DNA of 64,000 bases. Origin: Tubulanus polymorphus. Its lineage: Eukaryota > Animalia > Nemertea. The stretch is from the NCBI RefSeq assembly GCF_964204645.1, contig NC_134027.1:10324485-10388484 (forward strand), read 5' to 3'. The position numbers and the translations under genes are program-made. The notes under the pieces are model-generated. The model worked only from the letters and a program-made list of their open reading frames with translations. It searched no databases and was not told the DNA's origin. Of the stretch, positions 20,606-39,407 are shown piece after piece (the stretch's first letter is position 1; every line of letters starts with the position of its first letter).

Positions 20606-23600
20606 TACACCTGGCAGGCGCTTTAGTCGACAATTTAAAAACCCAGCTTCGGTTAATTCATGCACTGCATCATTCGAAGATAATGTTATTTGTATAAAGT
20701 ATAATAACAATGATGACACAACGTGAATAAACGATTTAAGCAAATAACATCGAATGGGAAATTAGTTTGAAAATCTGACGACTTAGCTCCTTCAATTCCT
20801 CATCATGCGTCAAGCCGTGTGCAAATTTCCAACTGTGAGTTGTATTGTGACTGGAAAAATTTGTAAAAGTCCAATAATTTGTGTATCTGTCTTTTTTCTC
20901 ATCTAAGGGTGCCTACATTTACGCGCTTTGTGGTAGAAGGTAGGCCCTTCCGTACGCCTCTAAACTCATCAGAAACTTGGGAACCTAAATACCATACGCT
21001 AAAATGGCCACCCATAGCAATACAAGCAAATGACAAGTTACGGGCATTTTCCACATCGGATTATCAGTTCTATTATGTTACCGCGTTGTGGGACTACATC
21101 CATGGCAGTACAGAGATACTACGAGCGTTACTACGGCTGGATTTTTAATAGATGCGATGCCTACGTATATATATGGTCTCCGAGAAAATCATTATTATAA
21201 TTAATCATATATTGATATAAATTATTCAGGAATAAATGATATGACAATATGATATGATATTAAAGTCACCCCGAATGAATGACGATTACCTCCGTAGTTT
21301 CATCTGGCTCCACGTGGTTCGTTTCGGGCACTCGGCCAGATTCTGTAAACCGTGCCATGAACGATTGTAACATCGTGAAACGAGAACACGAAACACTCCC
21401 AGTTAAAACGTACAAGAAATAAGATTTTACTACGATTATAGTTTGTAGTTCTGTTATTGTGTATACGGTGTGAGTTATCTGCGAAATTAGAAATGGTCAG
21501 AGGTATATTGTCCAAATGATCTGACCCATTACGTTCGAGTTATATTTGGACCTTAGGATTAAACGAATATTTTTTGGCATTTGTCCAATTTTTGACTAAA
21601 TATTACGCCCGGAAAACGATTGGTGTAATCGATATTTTGTCTCAAAATCCTGCCGATGTATGCGGATAATTACCTGTAAGCACCGAAGATACTAGAGGTG
21701 GATCTACGAAAATCGAAAGGCCGGGTTCCGGAAGAAAAGAAAATACACATCTCGGATACAGCAGCCATGTCGATGGCCGCTAGTGGGTCTATCCCTCGAT
21801 AATTATGGAGAAATAAACCCGAAACGATGCAATTTCCGATAGGATGAGTGTCAAACTCGTGGGTTTTCACGACGTTTCCGTCTTGGCGAAAAGGGCGACC
21901 TCGATTGGAAAGCAGGGGTACGGACCCCGGAGCCACCCCTAAATCCGCCCCTGGATACGTACACATTTTAAAAATGATAATTAAATAAAACGATGATTAG
22001 ATAGTTTAAATTTTCATGCCGTATGTATATTGCACATGTCTATATATGATTCATCGATAAACGACGTCGTACGAATTTCTCTATGATCTCTATATAATCC
22101 AGTCTATGCTGTTTTCAGTCACAGCTGCAAATTATAGAATACTAGATATGTACATATATATGCATGTCATTCATTTTTCTGCCGATAGATAATCGAAGTG
22201 AAGATCGATTTTAACCACAAATCACATACAAGATCGATACATAGATTTTAATTCACATATGATATAGGTATATGCGTTCAGTTCGGAATCGGTACCAGAA
22301 AAGCGCGACGCCCGGGCTAAATTCCATGTTTATCGAATGGTATGAACGCGCCTGAAAAATGTCAATGCCAACATCGCCATTCCATCGATACATTTACATG
22401 AAAATCCCATTTAAGTACAAATCCTTTGGGTAAAACGTTAATATAGCTGTGAATCCCGGCTATAATGCCTCGGAACGGTTTCGATTAATAAAGCTTTCAG
22501 GGGATTCTAAAGATTTCCAACGGACAAATGAAATGCTTCCCATGGTTTAAAAAATTGCTTGCCGCGTGACCATACCGCCTTGAATATATAGAGAAATATA
22601 TCCACGTACACGCCGGGATTCTGGCCGACCCATGTGCGTGTGTTTGTCGTGCGTTTGGCATTTATAAAATGTTTACTTACTAATGACGACATCGTGTTGT
22701 CCATGGGAATATTGATCATATCATCACTCAGCGCACAAAAACACCCACACGCACTCCCATTTATGATGTGTTCATTTTTGCAAACATCTACAGGAACCTA
22801 TCGAATAACATCGGGGGCCAGGGAGACAATGCCAACATCGAAAGTGGTCCAAAATGCTCGAGAATCAAACTAACAAAATTCAATGCCCACTTGACAAACA
22901 CCCAAACTAATGATATTGAAACCTCAATAAAGATCATAGAACAGGTTAATAGCTACAACTTCGAAATTGAATGTGTATAGATCCCAATATGAATATGGAA
23001 ATATTCAAAACATTTCGATTTTCAACTCCCTCTGGTGGTGAAAACAATACACTGGGTAACCCCCATGTGCATATATACCGTGTATCATAAAGCTGCTTAT
23101 CGTTTTTAAAGATAAGTTTTCAGCAACAAACGCAAGATTTTCAAGCGATGGTCGAGTATGTACATACATGTACTTTCATACAGACGGGCAAAGACTTAAA
23201 CAATTTCCGTCGACATTGCTACAATAAAATCAGTGAATGATAGAAAAAAACTTACAAATGGCAAAACACTCCTCACTATAAAAGCTATGTGTAACTAAAC
23301 GGTTTGCCACGCGAGTGACTACATGTATTTGCGATTCAGCACCTGTTTGTTCCGAGTTAATAATAATCAATCGAAAATGGGACAAATTTTCTATATCAAA
23401 ATACAGGCCGTCGTCGAGTGACATATCATTTCAATTGCAAATACTCGAGAAAGCATAATTGCCTTTTTGAATACGTAACTGATAAGCTGGGCGAGCTTTG
23501 ATCAGATTTCAGCGCAAGCCTGCAAATGATATAGATCGTACTTTGGCGAGAATAATGGAGTTGTTAGAGTTTTGTTAAGATCTCGAGATTGTACTTGAAA

Positions 23601-25272
23601 ATATGATTAATGGTGACTCGGTTAATAATGGCGGGCATGCTCCGGACAGATATCCGATCAACATATTTTATGGTACGTTGGAACAAATTCCAATTAAAGA
23701 CATGGAGCGATATGGAGCTGGCGATTGATGAGTTTTCAAAAATGAGTTCGCCGCCATTTTCTAAGTATTGATTTGTACCCAACTACCTAGTCTATATAAC
23801 TATAAATCTCTTCAGTAAAATTGCAAGAGTTTTTTTTTTCATTTTCCAAGTTACCAAAGATTCTTGGAATCTGAGTTGCATGGGCGTCACCAGAGGTTTT
23901 TAATCCAAGTTACGCCAATTTTTTTCTAGTTACAAATTTTGTTTTTTTACATATTCCGGAAATTTCATAAACATCTTGCCTTATGTACGCAGAAAAGGCC
24001 CCTCTGAAGCTTCGAATTTTGAAAATTAAGACTTGAAAGCACAATCGAGCAACTTCAAGGCTTCAGAAATGCTCGTTTGACTTCGGCGCTATAGTTACAG
24101 TCATCACTTCGACGGTTGAAGCTCGAAGACAATAATTACAGAATCGGTATCAAAACGCGATATATTCAAGTCTGTGTGATTGTGCGGAGCTAGCGATTGA
24201 TCAACCCAAATAAGTTCTTTCGAGATGAGTTCCCAGCCATTTTCTAAGTATTCGTTGCACCCAACTACTTATGGATCTCGATGGCTGGCTAAGAGGTTCA
24301 ATCGCGGAAGTCGCTTATCATCGGTGACAGATCATTCGAACTACTCAGTCACCCTGGAACGGGGCGTGCATGCAATATTTAGCGAGTGTTTTTCGCCGAA
24401 GAGACGGAATTTCTCACGAATGTGACGCGGCTGCCAAGGATTGGCGTCACATACATATTGGCGTTATTACTTACTTTTTGCGATAACTGAGAGAGGCAAC
24501 TGTCAATAAAATGCGGGAACGTGTTAACATGTCGTCTGACTCTTATGGGAGGAAAACAGTGTCAAGACTGACGAAATCATACGACAGTTTGCATGACTGC
24601 CTATATCGAATGTCAAATCTGTCGTCCGTTGCCCTTTATAAATCATAGGAATTGATTCGACAGCTAGATTCCTATATATCAAATTCCACCACCGGAAAAT
24701 CCGTCTACATACGTACTATCTACGAATAAAGTAACTTATGATGTTTTATTGTTCGTTGATTTTCTATCCAGAAATGATAAAAACACCTGCACTTTCAGCC
24801 ATCGCGCGAGGATATATCGACGTACGTTGCCTGGAATCGGATATTCTAGAACGCTTAAAACACAATATGTTTAAGTGTGCGGGGCTTAAATTCTATTGAT
24901 ATAAGCTTAGAATGTCTACGGGAAATGTCAATGAGTAATGCATATTGCTCTGGGGGTTGGGTTAGACACCAAATCGCCTATACGCACCCCAGGGGATCGA
25001 TGATGACTAACTACGACGGGCAATCGGCCTCTGTGTCCGAGGCGTTGGTCACGATCGTTTCGGAGTGTGGTGATTATCGTTGCAATCTTAACCCGGTTGC
25101 GGAAGTCGAAAGTCTAAGTCCGGAAGCCATAACACCAAATTTCGACTGAAAAAGCGGCCATAATGACCACTGATTATTCTTTTTTTCGTGATAATAGATA
25201 ATTGAATAATAGATAACTGAAATGGCGAATATATCTTCATGATTGTCATGCACAGAGGCTATCAGAACGATG

Positions 25273-25439
25273 TACAGTTGAACCTCGTTAATACAATTCT
25301 GTTTAAGAGGAAACCCGTTTATCACGATGATTTCCAGCAGAGATATTTATATCAATCCAGATTTGGATAATACGAAACCCGTTTTATACGAAAATTTCAC
25401 TTTTGCCCACAAGATTCGTATTAACGAGATTCCGTTGTA
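25273..25439. mobile_element. Tigger/pogo-like MITE
   Basis: TA-flanked TIRs tacagttgaacctcgttaatac...gtattaacgagattccgttgta. An inverted relative sits at ~36206-36731. Confidence 0.65.
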
Positions 25440-25933
25440 TTATATTTACATCGGTTTCCCGAAATCTGATGTTCTTACCTTATTTTTTTAGTGGATGAAT
25501 TAGTCAAAATGCCTCTAAATGTCAGAACAATTGTCGTATCCTTAACATACAGTGAACTTATTGCTGTCGTGTTGAAGCTCTCGGTGGATCATCCCACCGC
25601 GATCTTGCTATCCTCTCTTTCAGCACGACTACGACGACGATGACGGCGCCCCGGGAATTCTGCAGCTGTTGCACAAACATACCAATAACGAGGACGATAT
25701 CGTGAGCGCGAATCACTCGTACATATAACCATATAACGGGATTCGAAGGAATCAAATTATAAACGATTTCAATTCAACGATACAAGACCATCACTGCTCA
25801 TCCGAAATTATCGCGCGTCGGTTTATGATGGTACAACGAGGCGACGCCAAATACTCAGATTGGAACGCCAACAGACGATAGAACTTGCATTTATTTTTTC
25901 TTTGTCAAATTGGTGGAAAATGAAAGTGGGGCG

Positions 25934-26116
25934 TACAATGGAACCTCGTTTTAACGACCTCGGGTATAACGATTTATCGGTTATAAAAAACCTAGAATTT
26001 CCTCCCAAATAAGACAATATCATTATTTTCATACAGGAATATATCCTGGATATAACGAACTATCGGTTATAACGAACAGATTTTCTGGTCCGGCGTTGCA
26101 ACGAGGTTTTACTGTA
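25934..26116. mobile_element. Tigger/pogo-like MITE, directly followed by another (26118-26380)
   Basis: TIRs tacaatggaacctcgtt...aacgaggttttactgta. A relative sits at ~56197-56371. Confidence 0.65.
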
Positions 26117-27104
26117 GTACAGTAAAACTCGTTTAACACGGATTTAGGTCTAATCTGTACATAATTTACAGTCTATTTGTTCATGAATAAAAGAGAAAAT
26201 GACTTTTAATCCGGATTTCCCATTAACCGGATAATTATTGTTGTCCCCAAATGATCCGAGGCGAATTAAGCGGATTCAGAGAATTGAGAAGTTTCTTGTA
26301 TTTCAATGAACCAATGGACTGTAAATAATATCCGGATTAGACCAAAATCCGGATTTAGCAGCTCTGGATCAAGTGGGTTATTGGGTCATTTTATTTGGCT
26401 CGGTAGCCTTTTATAGTCGCTGGATTTCACAAATAATTCAAATAGATAGTGGCAGCAACGGGACTAGTTTTAGTAAGGCGCGGTTCATCGAAATATTTGC
26501 CTTCAGAGGCTTTTACCACCATGTCACATTTCTCATCTAATGGTAATTTGTTACACTTGTTACGTCAATTAGTGCCTTATGCGTCGACATTCATGATCCC
26601 ATTCATGATGACGTATCTCACGTTGACTTGACTCACCGACCTTTGGATATTCCAATCTCCCTCTAAGACCAATTGAACTTTAATTTCGAAAATTAAGTAT
26701 ACGTAATTTTATTGCTATATTTGAGCATATCTTAAAATTTACATCGACAAAACAATAAAATATACGAAACACGATACAGAGCATTCATAAATAAGACCTT
26801 TAGGTTTTTTAAGACCAGGAATTTTGGAGTCATTTTTACGAAAAATGAATAGATACATACGTATACAAAACACAAAATCATTTCTGTCTACAGGTCGGCA
26901 CATGTAATACAATAGTTATGGCCCCACTACAAAGCTGTTTAAAAATCATTTTAAAATAAAAAGATGCGTTCTTTTCCGTTTACGAAACACACTCTAAATA
27001 CAAAATTTCAGCAGTTTTTCTTAAAATTATCATTGCAGCGGGAATACGAACAATTATCAAACAGTGTTCAACTTAACACTGATTTCTTACAAATCACAAC
27101 ATCA

Positions 27105-32214
<5,110 letters not shown>

Positions 32215-32968
32215 GATTAGTAGTCGCGCGCACGCTGCTGAAATCGTTACCGAATCGGAGGAGTGAACCGTTTATCGCCCATAAAGTAACTTGGAAATTT
32301 CATTGATCGTCTTGGAATTTACGGGTTCAGGTCAGTAAAATTATTTCATATTGGAATAGATTCAATTTCTGACTGTATAGATTTCGCGGGTTTTGCTTTG
32401 AGATTTTGAAAATAATCAAGGGTGGCTCCGGTGGCTCTACTGGAAGTTCCCGTTTACGTCGACGATACACAATGTATGTACGATATTTGGATTTTCAACG
32501 GCGGCTTCGAATAGGTTTTCAGCACATTCGATTTTTTTTCGATAGCACTTTGGTACAGAAATTTTAATAAATTTTGATGCATATAAATATCGTTACATTT
32601 TACAGAACAGTTTTGTTATATTTTGATATGATTTAAGTTTAAATTTTGTGCAGAAAATCGTGACAAAAACTACGAAAGTGTGTAAAATCTTACGAATTAC
32701 ATGTGTCTATAATTTCACCAAATTCAGTTTGCTGAAAACTTTTGACGATTCACTTATCTCAAATCCTCATTCTTTATCATTGCTGAGTTAACAGTTTATT
32801 GGGCGTATTTCGTAATGACACATGTTAATTACATTTGTAATGCAGTTTGTTACCTGTTTGTGTCATTTTACTCGTAGAAATAACTCGTGTTTCACTTAAT
32901 CCGTATAAAAATCACTGCTCCCAAAAGCTACGAGGAGTACTGTACATTTGTTTCGATAACGCAAATAA

Positions 32969-33508
<540 letters not shown>

Positions 33509-34020
33509 TTGATAACATGTAGGAAAATGACTAATAGAATAGATATTTTTAGATTATACTTGATTAAATAAAACGGCCCTTTGGCTTGTTCTTCTGATCA
33601 ATTTCGATGATCTCCGTTAATTGCAATGTTGTGAACAAGATCACAGTGGATCAATGTGGGTTCACACTATCGACCTTATAAGACAAAAAATGCGCACGAT
33701 TCCGAGTTATTCGATTTTGTTTCAAAAAGTACTGCCTAATGTTCATTGATCGACTTCTCACATAGTTTCGCACATTTTGCGCTGTACGCATCGATAGATA
33801 ACATACTGCTTCTGTAACGAAAAGTCTTCACTCAAACCAAAAAATATTTAACTTTCAGATAGAGTCTCCTGAAATAGTGAATTAATTTCAAATATCGAAC
33901 TAAATTGCAACCGTTCGCAACATTCACGCAGCAAAATCGCACAGCTTTAGCTAATGGGTACATTTATATACCTACGCTTGGGAACATTTTGTTCACATAC
34001 GTGGATAAGACGTACATGTT

Positions 34021-34110
34021 CCCTCGATAGCTCAGCTGGTAGAGCGGAGGACTGTAGAAGTATCATAAACTGTCATCCTTAGGCCGCTGGTTCAAGTCCG
34101 GCTCGAGGGA
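34021..34110 (+). tRNA. tRNA-Tyr (GTA) with 17-nt intron (34058-34074)
   Basis: CCCTCGATAGCTCAGCTGGTAGAGCGGAGGACTGTAG-intron-ATCCTTAGGCCGCTGGTTCAAGTCCGGCTCGAGGGA gives a 73-nt mature tRNA, followed by T-runs. Confidence 0.93.
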
Positions 34111-34797
34111 AAACATTTTCCTGTTTTTGACCCCCTATGAAAAAAACGATGGTCACTACAGGGTCGATTGATTTGTTTTCATGAGCAACGGAGATTATTT
34201 CATTGTTCGTTTTTAGGATCCAATTCCACTGTTGTGAGTGGAAATCTGACCAAAGAGCCGAAGTTGACTGACAAACTGAACACCGACCCGTGACCTGGAA
34301 TCCGGTCGGATATGAATGATCCGTTCGGCTACACTCCATCAAACAATTCATCCTTTCAGGCTGAATAGTTTGTAACCAAGTAACCAGCACTCAGCAGTTT
34401 TTACCATTTCATTGCTTCTCCCACGATCTAAGAGGAAGGTATCACACAGCTGAAATAAATGGCCACGCGGCGCTGTACTTAAGGGAATGAAGTACTATTT
34501 TCCTCAAAATATGTGTTAAAATTTGACCAAAGCTGAAGTTGAATGACATACTGGACCCCGACCTGTGACATGGATTCAGGTCCAATATGAATGATACGTA
34601 CGGCTCCTCTCCAACAATTCTTTCATCCTTTCCTTAATAGTTTTAAGCTAAGCAGTCAGCACAGTTTTTACCATTTCGTCGTTTGTCCCGCGATTTAGAA
34701 GAGGAAGGTATCACACAGCTGTAACTAATGGCCACATCGCCGGCACTGGACATGAGAGAATGAAGTACTTTTTTTTCTCAACACCTAAACACCATAT

Positions 34798-34855
34798 CCC
34801 TCGATAGCTCAGCTGATAGAGCGGAGGACTGTAGAGTAAGTAGAGCTGTCATCCT
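34798..34855 (+). pseudogene. tRNA-Tyr pseudogene, 3' truncated
   Basis: The 5' half and intron are present with a G>A change in the D loop. The sequence breaks after ATCCT, so there is no T arm. Confidence 0.88.
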
Positions 34856-35152
34856 AATAATTTGACCAATGAGCCGAAGTTGACTGACAAACTGGACCCC
34901 GACCTGTGACCTGGATTCAGGTCCAATATGAATCGTCCGTAGTGCTCCACTCCATCAAACAATTCATCCTTTCAGGCTGAATAGTTTTAAGCTAAGCAGT
35001 CAGTACTCAGCAATTTTTACCATTTCGACGTTTTTGTCACACGAATTATAACAGGAAAGTATCACACAGCTGTTACTAATGGTCACATTACCGGCCCTGG
35101 ACGTAAGAAACATGAAGGGGTATTTTTCTTAACACGGTTTGTATGTTATGAT

Positions 35153-35212
35153 CCTTCGATAGCTCAGCGAGCTGTCATCCTTAGGTCGCTGGTTCACGTC
35201 CGGCTCAAGGGA
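35153..35212 (+). pseudogene. tRNA-Tyr pseudogene with internal deletion
   Basis: CCTTCGATAGCTCAGC is joined directly to the intron end GAGCTGTC and the 3' half; the anticodon is missing. Confidence 0.88.
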
Positions 35213-35516
35213 TAACATTTTTCTGTTTTTTGGCCACATATGAAAATGGCGGCAAAGAGCTGAAGTTGACCGACAAACTGGACTCCGACCTGTGACCTGG
35301 ATACCAGTCAATAAGAATGGCTCCACTGCATCAAACAATCTATCATTTCAAGCTGCATTGTTTATGAGCCAAGCATTCTGCAGTTTTTACCAGCTCATCG
35401 TATGTCACACGAAGGGGAAGGTATCGTACAGCTGTAACTAATGGCCACATTACCGGTACATTGGACATAAGAAACATGAAGTACCATTTTTCTTATCACG
35501 GTTGCATAAATATGTT

Positions 35517-35609
35517 CCCTCGATAGCTCAGCTGGTAGAGCGGAGGACTGTAGAGTTGATTCACAGAACTGTCATCCTTAGGTCGCTGGTTCAAATCCGG
35601 CTCGAGGGA
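35517..35609 (+). tRNA. tRNA-Tyr (GTA) with 20-nt intron (35554-35573)
   Basis: Canonical eukaryotic tRNA-Tyr halves with intact A and B boxes and a downstream TTTTT terminator. Confidence 0.95.
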
Positions 35610-36128
35610 AGATATTTTTGCTTTTTGGCCACCAATGAAATGATATTTACTGATTGCATGCTACGGAAGTGTCTACATGGATTTCATGATAATTCTATTC
35701 TGCTGTTAGTATTCAGTTCTATCTATACTGTGCTCATTGGAAATTTGCCCCTCGAACCAAAATTAACTTAACCGTGACCTGGATGCTGACCAGCATTTCT
35801 GTCCTCGCTACACACCATTGTTTGTATCGAGCACAGTAGTTTCCCGGACGAGAGTTGGATATAGAATATTCATCGAAGATTTCAGGGGATAAGATGACTA
35901 TGAACAATAATTTACTAAAAAGTCTAAAGCAGTTTTATTTACACAATCGTTCAATACATGTATATATGTATATTTTTTTATTTAATCAGTAATCTATTTG
36001 AATTATTGCAATATGATACTTGATACCACTACAGTTGATTAGAAGATAAGAATACAAGGGAATTCTTACATCTGTTCAAAATAGCAAATTTTAAAACTTG
36101 GATCGCATTCGAACATCGATTGATCACA

Positions 36129-37017
36129 ATGATTAAGCTGTACATTTTCGTCGGTACGTACTAAATCCGCGTTGAGCAAAACTACAGAAAACATTATTTT
36201 CATGTATACAATCGAACCTCGTTGAACGAATCTGGTAGGCAGAAGTGAAATTGTCGTATTAAATGGGATTCGTATTATCGAACGGTTGATTGATATAGTG
36301 ATCTTCGCCGGGACATCGACTGGAAATCAATAAACGTGTTTCGTCTTAAACAGAATCGTATTTTTTCTAAATCTTAAAATAGGGATTGTCCCTGTTATTT
36401 ATTTGGTTGGTAAATTTCGTTTGATTTTTTGATTGAGTGTCCCTTACAGACCCACCACACCTGCTGGAAGCGAAACAGGGGGTTTAATTTTGAAATCGGA
36501 AATCGAAGTACAGATATAGTTGTGTGATCGGCGGTCGAATTTACAGAATTTTTTTGTTTAAATCGAAGTACATAATTGGGAAATTCGGTTCCGGTTCATT
36601 CAAACAATTTTCCAACCAGTCTGAACCGGCAAGCGACTGATTGGGGTGAATTTTTCTGGCTGCCTAATTTAATACATCGAAATTTTGGAAATAGCTATAT
36701 CAATCGTATTAACAAGGTTCAACTTAATGTATATACATTATCTCCATATTCTATAATTTGATGAAAATAGCTTTATGGTACCTATTTACAAAAATCAATG
36801 ACTTTTCTTTATTACTACAGCTATCGCTTCGCTACTGTTCGCAGTCTCTGCAGGAGCAGACTGCTATTTCGTATGCAATAATCACAAGAAAGTGAAATCC
36901 GGGGAAGTCAACTGGACGAAGTGTTTAGATAAATGTTCCGAATACGACGACTGTACACGCGAATGTGACGGACCGTACTGTATGCAGGCTTGTTACAACA
37001 TCATGAAAGAATTGTGA
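36129..37017 (+). CDS. Small secreted cysteine-rich peptide precursor (73 aa, two coding exons), absent from the ORF track
   Basis: Exon 36129-36153 (G|gtacgt) plus exon 36821-37017 (after ctttattactacag) gives 222 nt in frame: MIKLYIFVAIASLLFAVSAGADCYFVCNNHKKVKSGEVNWTKCLDKCSEYDDCTRECDGPYCMQACYNIMKEL*. It has a signal-peptide-like N-terminus, 8 Cys, and AATAAA at 37042. Confidence 0.82.
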
Positions 37018-37090
37018 TCTGTATTCGTTAGGTATACTAAAAATAAACTGGCACGGTATTTCATACTCAATTCAGTCAACAATTTTATTT

Positions 37091-37364
37091 TAAGTAAAAA
37101 ATTGTATGGAAACAGCGAGTTTGTTTTGGGTATTACTTAGACTTAAACGAAGACCTATGCCAGAAAAGTTACCATTTTACTTATATCGTACCTGTGGTTA
37201 GGCCTACAGTCATTACTCCTAGTGTACGTAAGTAAAAAATGTATGGAAACAGCGAGTTTGTTTTGGGTATTACTTAGACTAAAACGAAGACCTATGCCAG
37301 AAAAGTTACCATTTTACTTACATCGTACCTGTGGTTAGGCCTACAGTCATTACTCCTAGTGTAC
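37091..37364 (+). repeat. Near-perfect tandem duplication of ~137 bp with Helitron-like 3' end
   Basis: Two copies (37091-37228 and 37229-37364), each ending in an imperfect hairpin ctgtggttaggcctacag followed 9 nt later by CTAG then T. Confidence 0.85.
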
Positions 37365-38300
37365 ATGTAGTCCCATAATTTTCGGGGTCCATGGGTCTTT
37401 GGTTTTCGTATTAGCAGTGCATAGTCTTAGTAACACCCAGTTCGTTTTTGAGCCGATAGTTAGTTTCACATCAACATTATTTTCTGCCAAAATCAATCTT
37501 AGGTTTTTCATATTTCTTGAAGGGTTGTTACATCCACGTTCGCGAGGTTCTAGTGAAAAATAATACATGATGATAAAATGTATATATATCGTAAGGGTCG
37601 TTTGATGGTGGGAAAACTAAGGTACACATTTCAGAACGAAGTCGATTATGTTAAAAATGATTTTCTCACGACGTTTTCGACCACTGCGGTTGTTTCGTGA
37701 AAAATTAGAAGATTTCTTTTTCCTCTTTTCGTCAGAAGATAATGGAAAAATCGATATCCATGGCGAGACGAAAAATCGCCGTTCGGTTCATGTTATTATT
37801 AGCTTCTATTTCGATAAGAACAACTGCGCAACTCTACTTGCTGACGGGCATTGTAGCTATTTCAAACCCATTAATCATTATTATTTGGCGCCACACGCGT
37901 TAGTTTGAATGATTTGAATCCGTCAATTTTCTTTTCAAATATCGATACAGTGCGTGCGAGCCACTATTTGCTATTTGATTTAGCGCTTCATTTGCTCGTC
38001 GTCGCACCAAAAAACCACGAATATTTTCCACAATTTGAAGATCGTTTTCCACATTTGGTTTTCAGTTTCACTACCACCTGCAGTATATACGTGCGTCACA
38101 TTCGTATTTCAAGAAAGAATGTTTTGATCCTTTGCGCATCGAGACTCACCCTTCGCCAATTCGCGTTTAACATTACATCGAATTCTTCAGGTATATTATA
38201 TTGCTTCGAACAGCGATGCTTATTTCCCTTACCGTAAACGCGTCTCTTTAGAATTCAAAAAAGTAGATAACAGGAACTTTTTGAGAAAATTACTGCATCG

Positions 38301-39116
38301 ATGGCGAATATCTCCACCGTACGCGGAATCAACGGGTCGGGTGTATCGGCAAACACCACAATCATGGGCGACGGTCGGTTTGTACCGCATCCTTTATGCG
38401 ACGTCACCGACCCGACGTACGAGACCCTCAGCATGTTACTGAAAGTCGTGAACTGGCTAGTATTCAGCGTTTCTTGCTTCGGCGTCTGCGGAAATCTACT
38501 ATCTTTCGTCATTCTCGGCCGCGAACGTCATTCGAACAACACGAGTGTGTTCTACTTGACGTGTTTGGCCGTCGCCGACATGTTCATTTGTTTGTCGTAC
38601 GTGTTGTTCGACTTCCAGTACCGCCTCTACACGCAATCGGCGTTACTGGACATGGGCGCCGAAATAAACCACGTCATGAAGCGCATGTATTCGTACACGA
38701 AAAACTGTCGACTTTTATTCTCCAGCTTTAGCGATCTCATAACTTTATTTATCGCCATCGACCGATACATCGTAGTTTGCCAGCCTTTGCAGGCGATGCG
38801 CGTGATAAGCATGAAAAAATCTTACATCTACGCGAACATCGCCGTTATCATCTCGATTTGCGATCAGATTAAGAACTTTTTCAAGTTCACGACCCGCCGC
38901 ATGCGCGACCCTTGCACCGGCGACTACATCTGGGTACAAAAAATGACTCCGTTTGCCAAAAATATGTACGTCAGATACTACGAGGTTTTCGCTCGCGCGC
39001 CGATATTCACGTTCATCCCGACAGTGATAGTGATCGTGATAACTATCCGATTAATTCTCACTTTGAAATCCGCGGGAGCGGCGAGAAAAACCATGTCAGG
39101 AGGAAATAATCAAACT

Positions 39117-39149
<33 letters not shown>

Positions 39150-39407
39150 GATCGTAGCTTAACTTTGACACTAGTTCTCATTTCTTGTCTGTACATCGTA
39201 AAGAAGTCTTTTAATTTGGCTGCCGGTATCGGCAATTTGCTCATGGCTTTAAAAAGCGAGTTGGGGAAATATTTCTATTACAGATACTTCAACGTTTTTC
39301 AGGATTTGGTCAGAATGATCGTAGCATCCGCGAATTTCTTTATCTACTGCGCTTCGAGACGTCGCTTTAGAAATCAACTAAAAGCGATTTTTCACAGAAA
39401 AATATGA
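38301..39407 (+). CDS. Intronless class A GPCR, FMRFamide/peptide-receptor-like
   Basis: GVCGN, YLTCLAVAD, AIDRYIVVCQP and ANFFIYC..RRFR motifs, with N-terminal glycosylation sequons. An (AGC)n tract encodes poly-Ser in ICL3. Confidence 0.9.

Larger units (their letters stand above)
34247..35495 (+). repeat. Tandem array of four ~250-270-bp spacer units interleaved with tRNA-Tyr copies
   Basis: The unit gaagttgactgacaaactgga..ccgacctgtgacctgga...tttttaccatttc...ggaaggtatcacacagctg...atgaagtac starts near 34247, 34523, 34862 and 35253. Confidence 0.9.

Noticed and set aside
24774-24899. 41-aa ORF MIKTPALSAIARGYIDVRCLESDILERLKHNMFKCAGLKFY behind an acceptor-like site
   Set aside because: No signal peptide or recognisable motif, and it is within chance expectation without expression data.
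25624-25728. Exon-like segment HDYDDDDGAPGILQLLHKHTNNEDDIVSANHSYI* after a good acceptor
   Set aside because: I could not link it to any upstream coding exon or known family; unresolved.
34247-35495. Regularly spaced repeats suggestive of a CRISPR array
   Set aside because: Units are ~260 bp, diverged and interleaved with tRNA genes in a eukaryotic context, with no cas genes.
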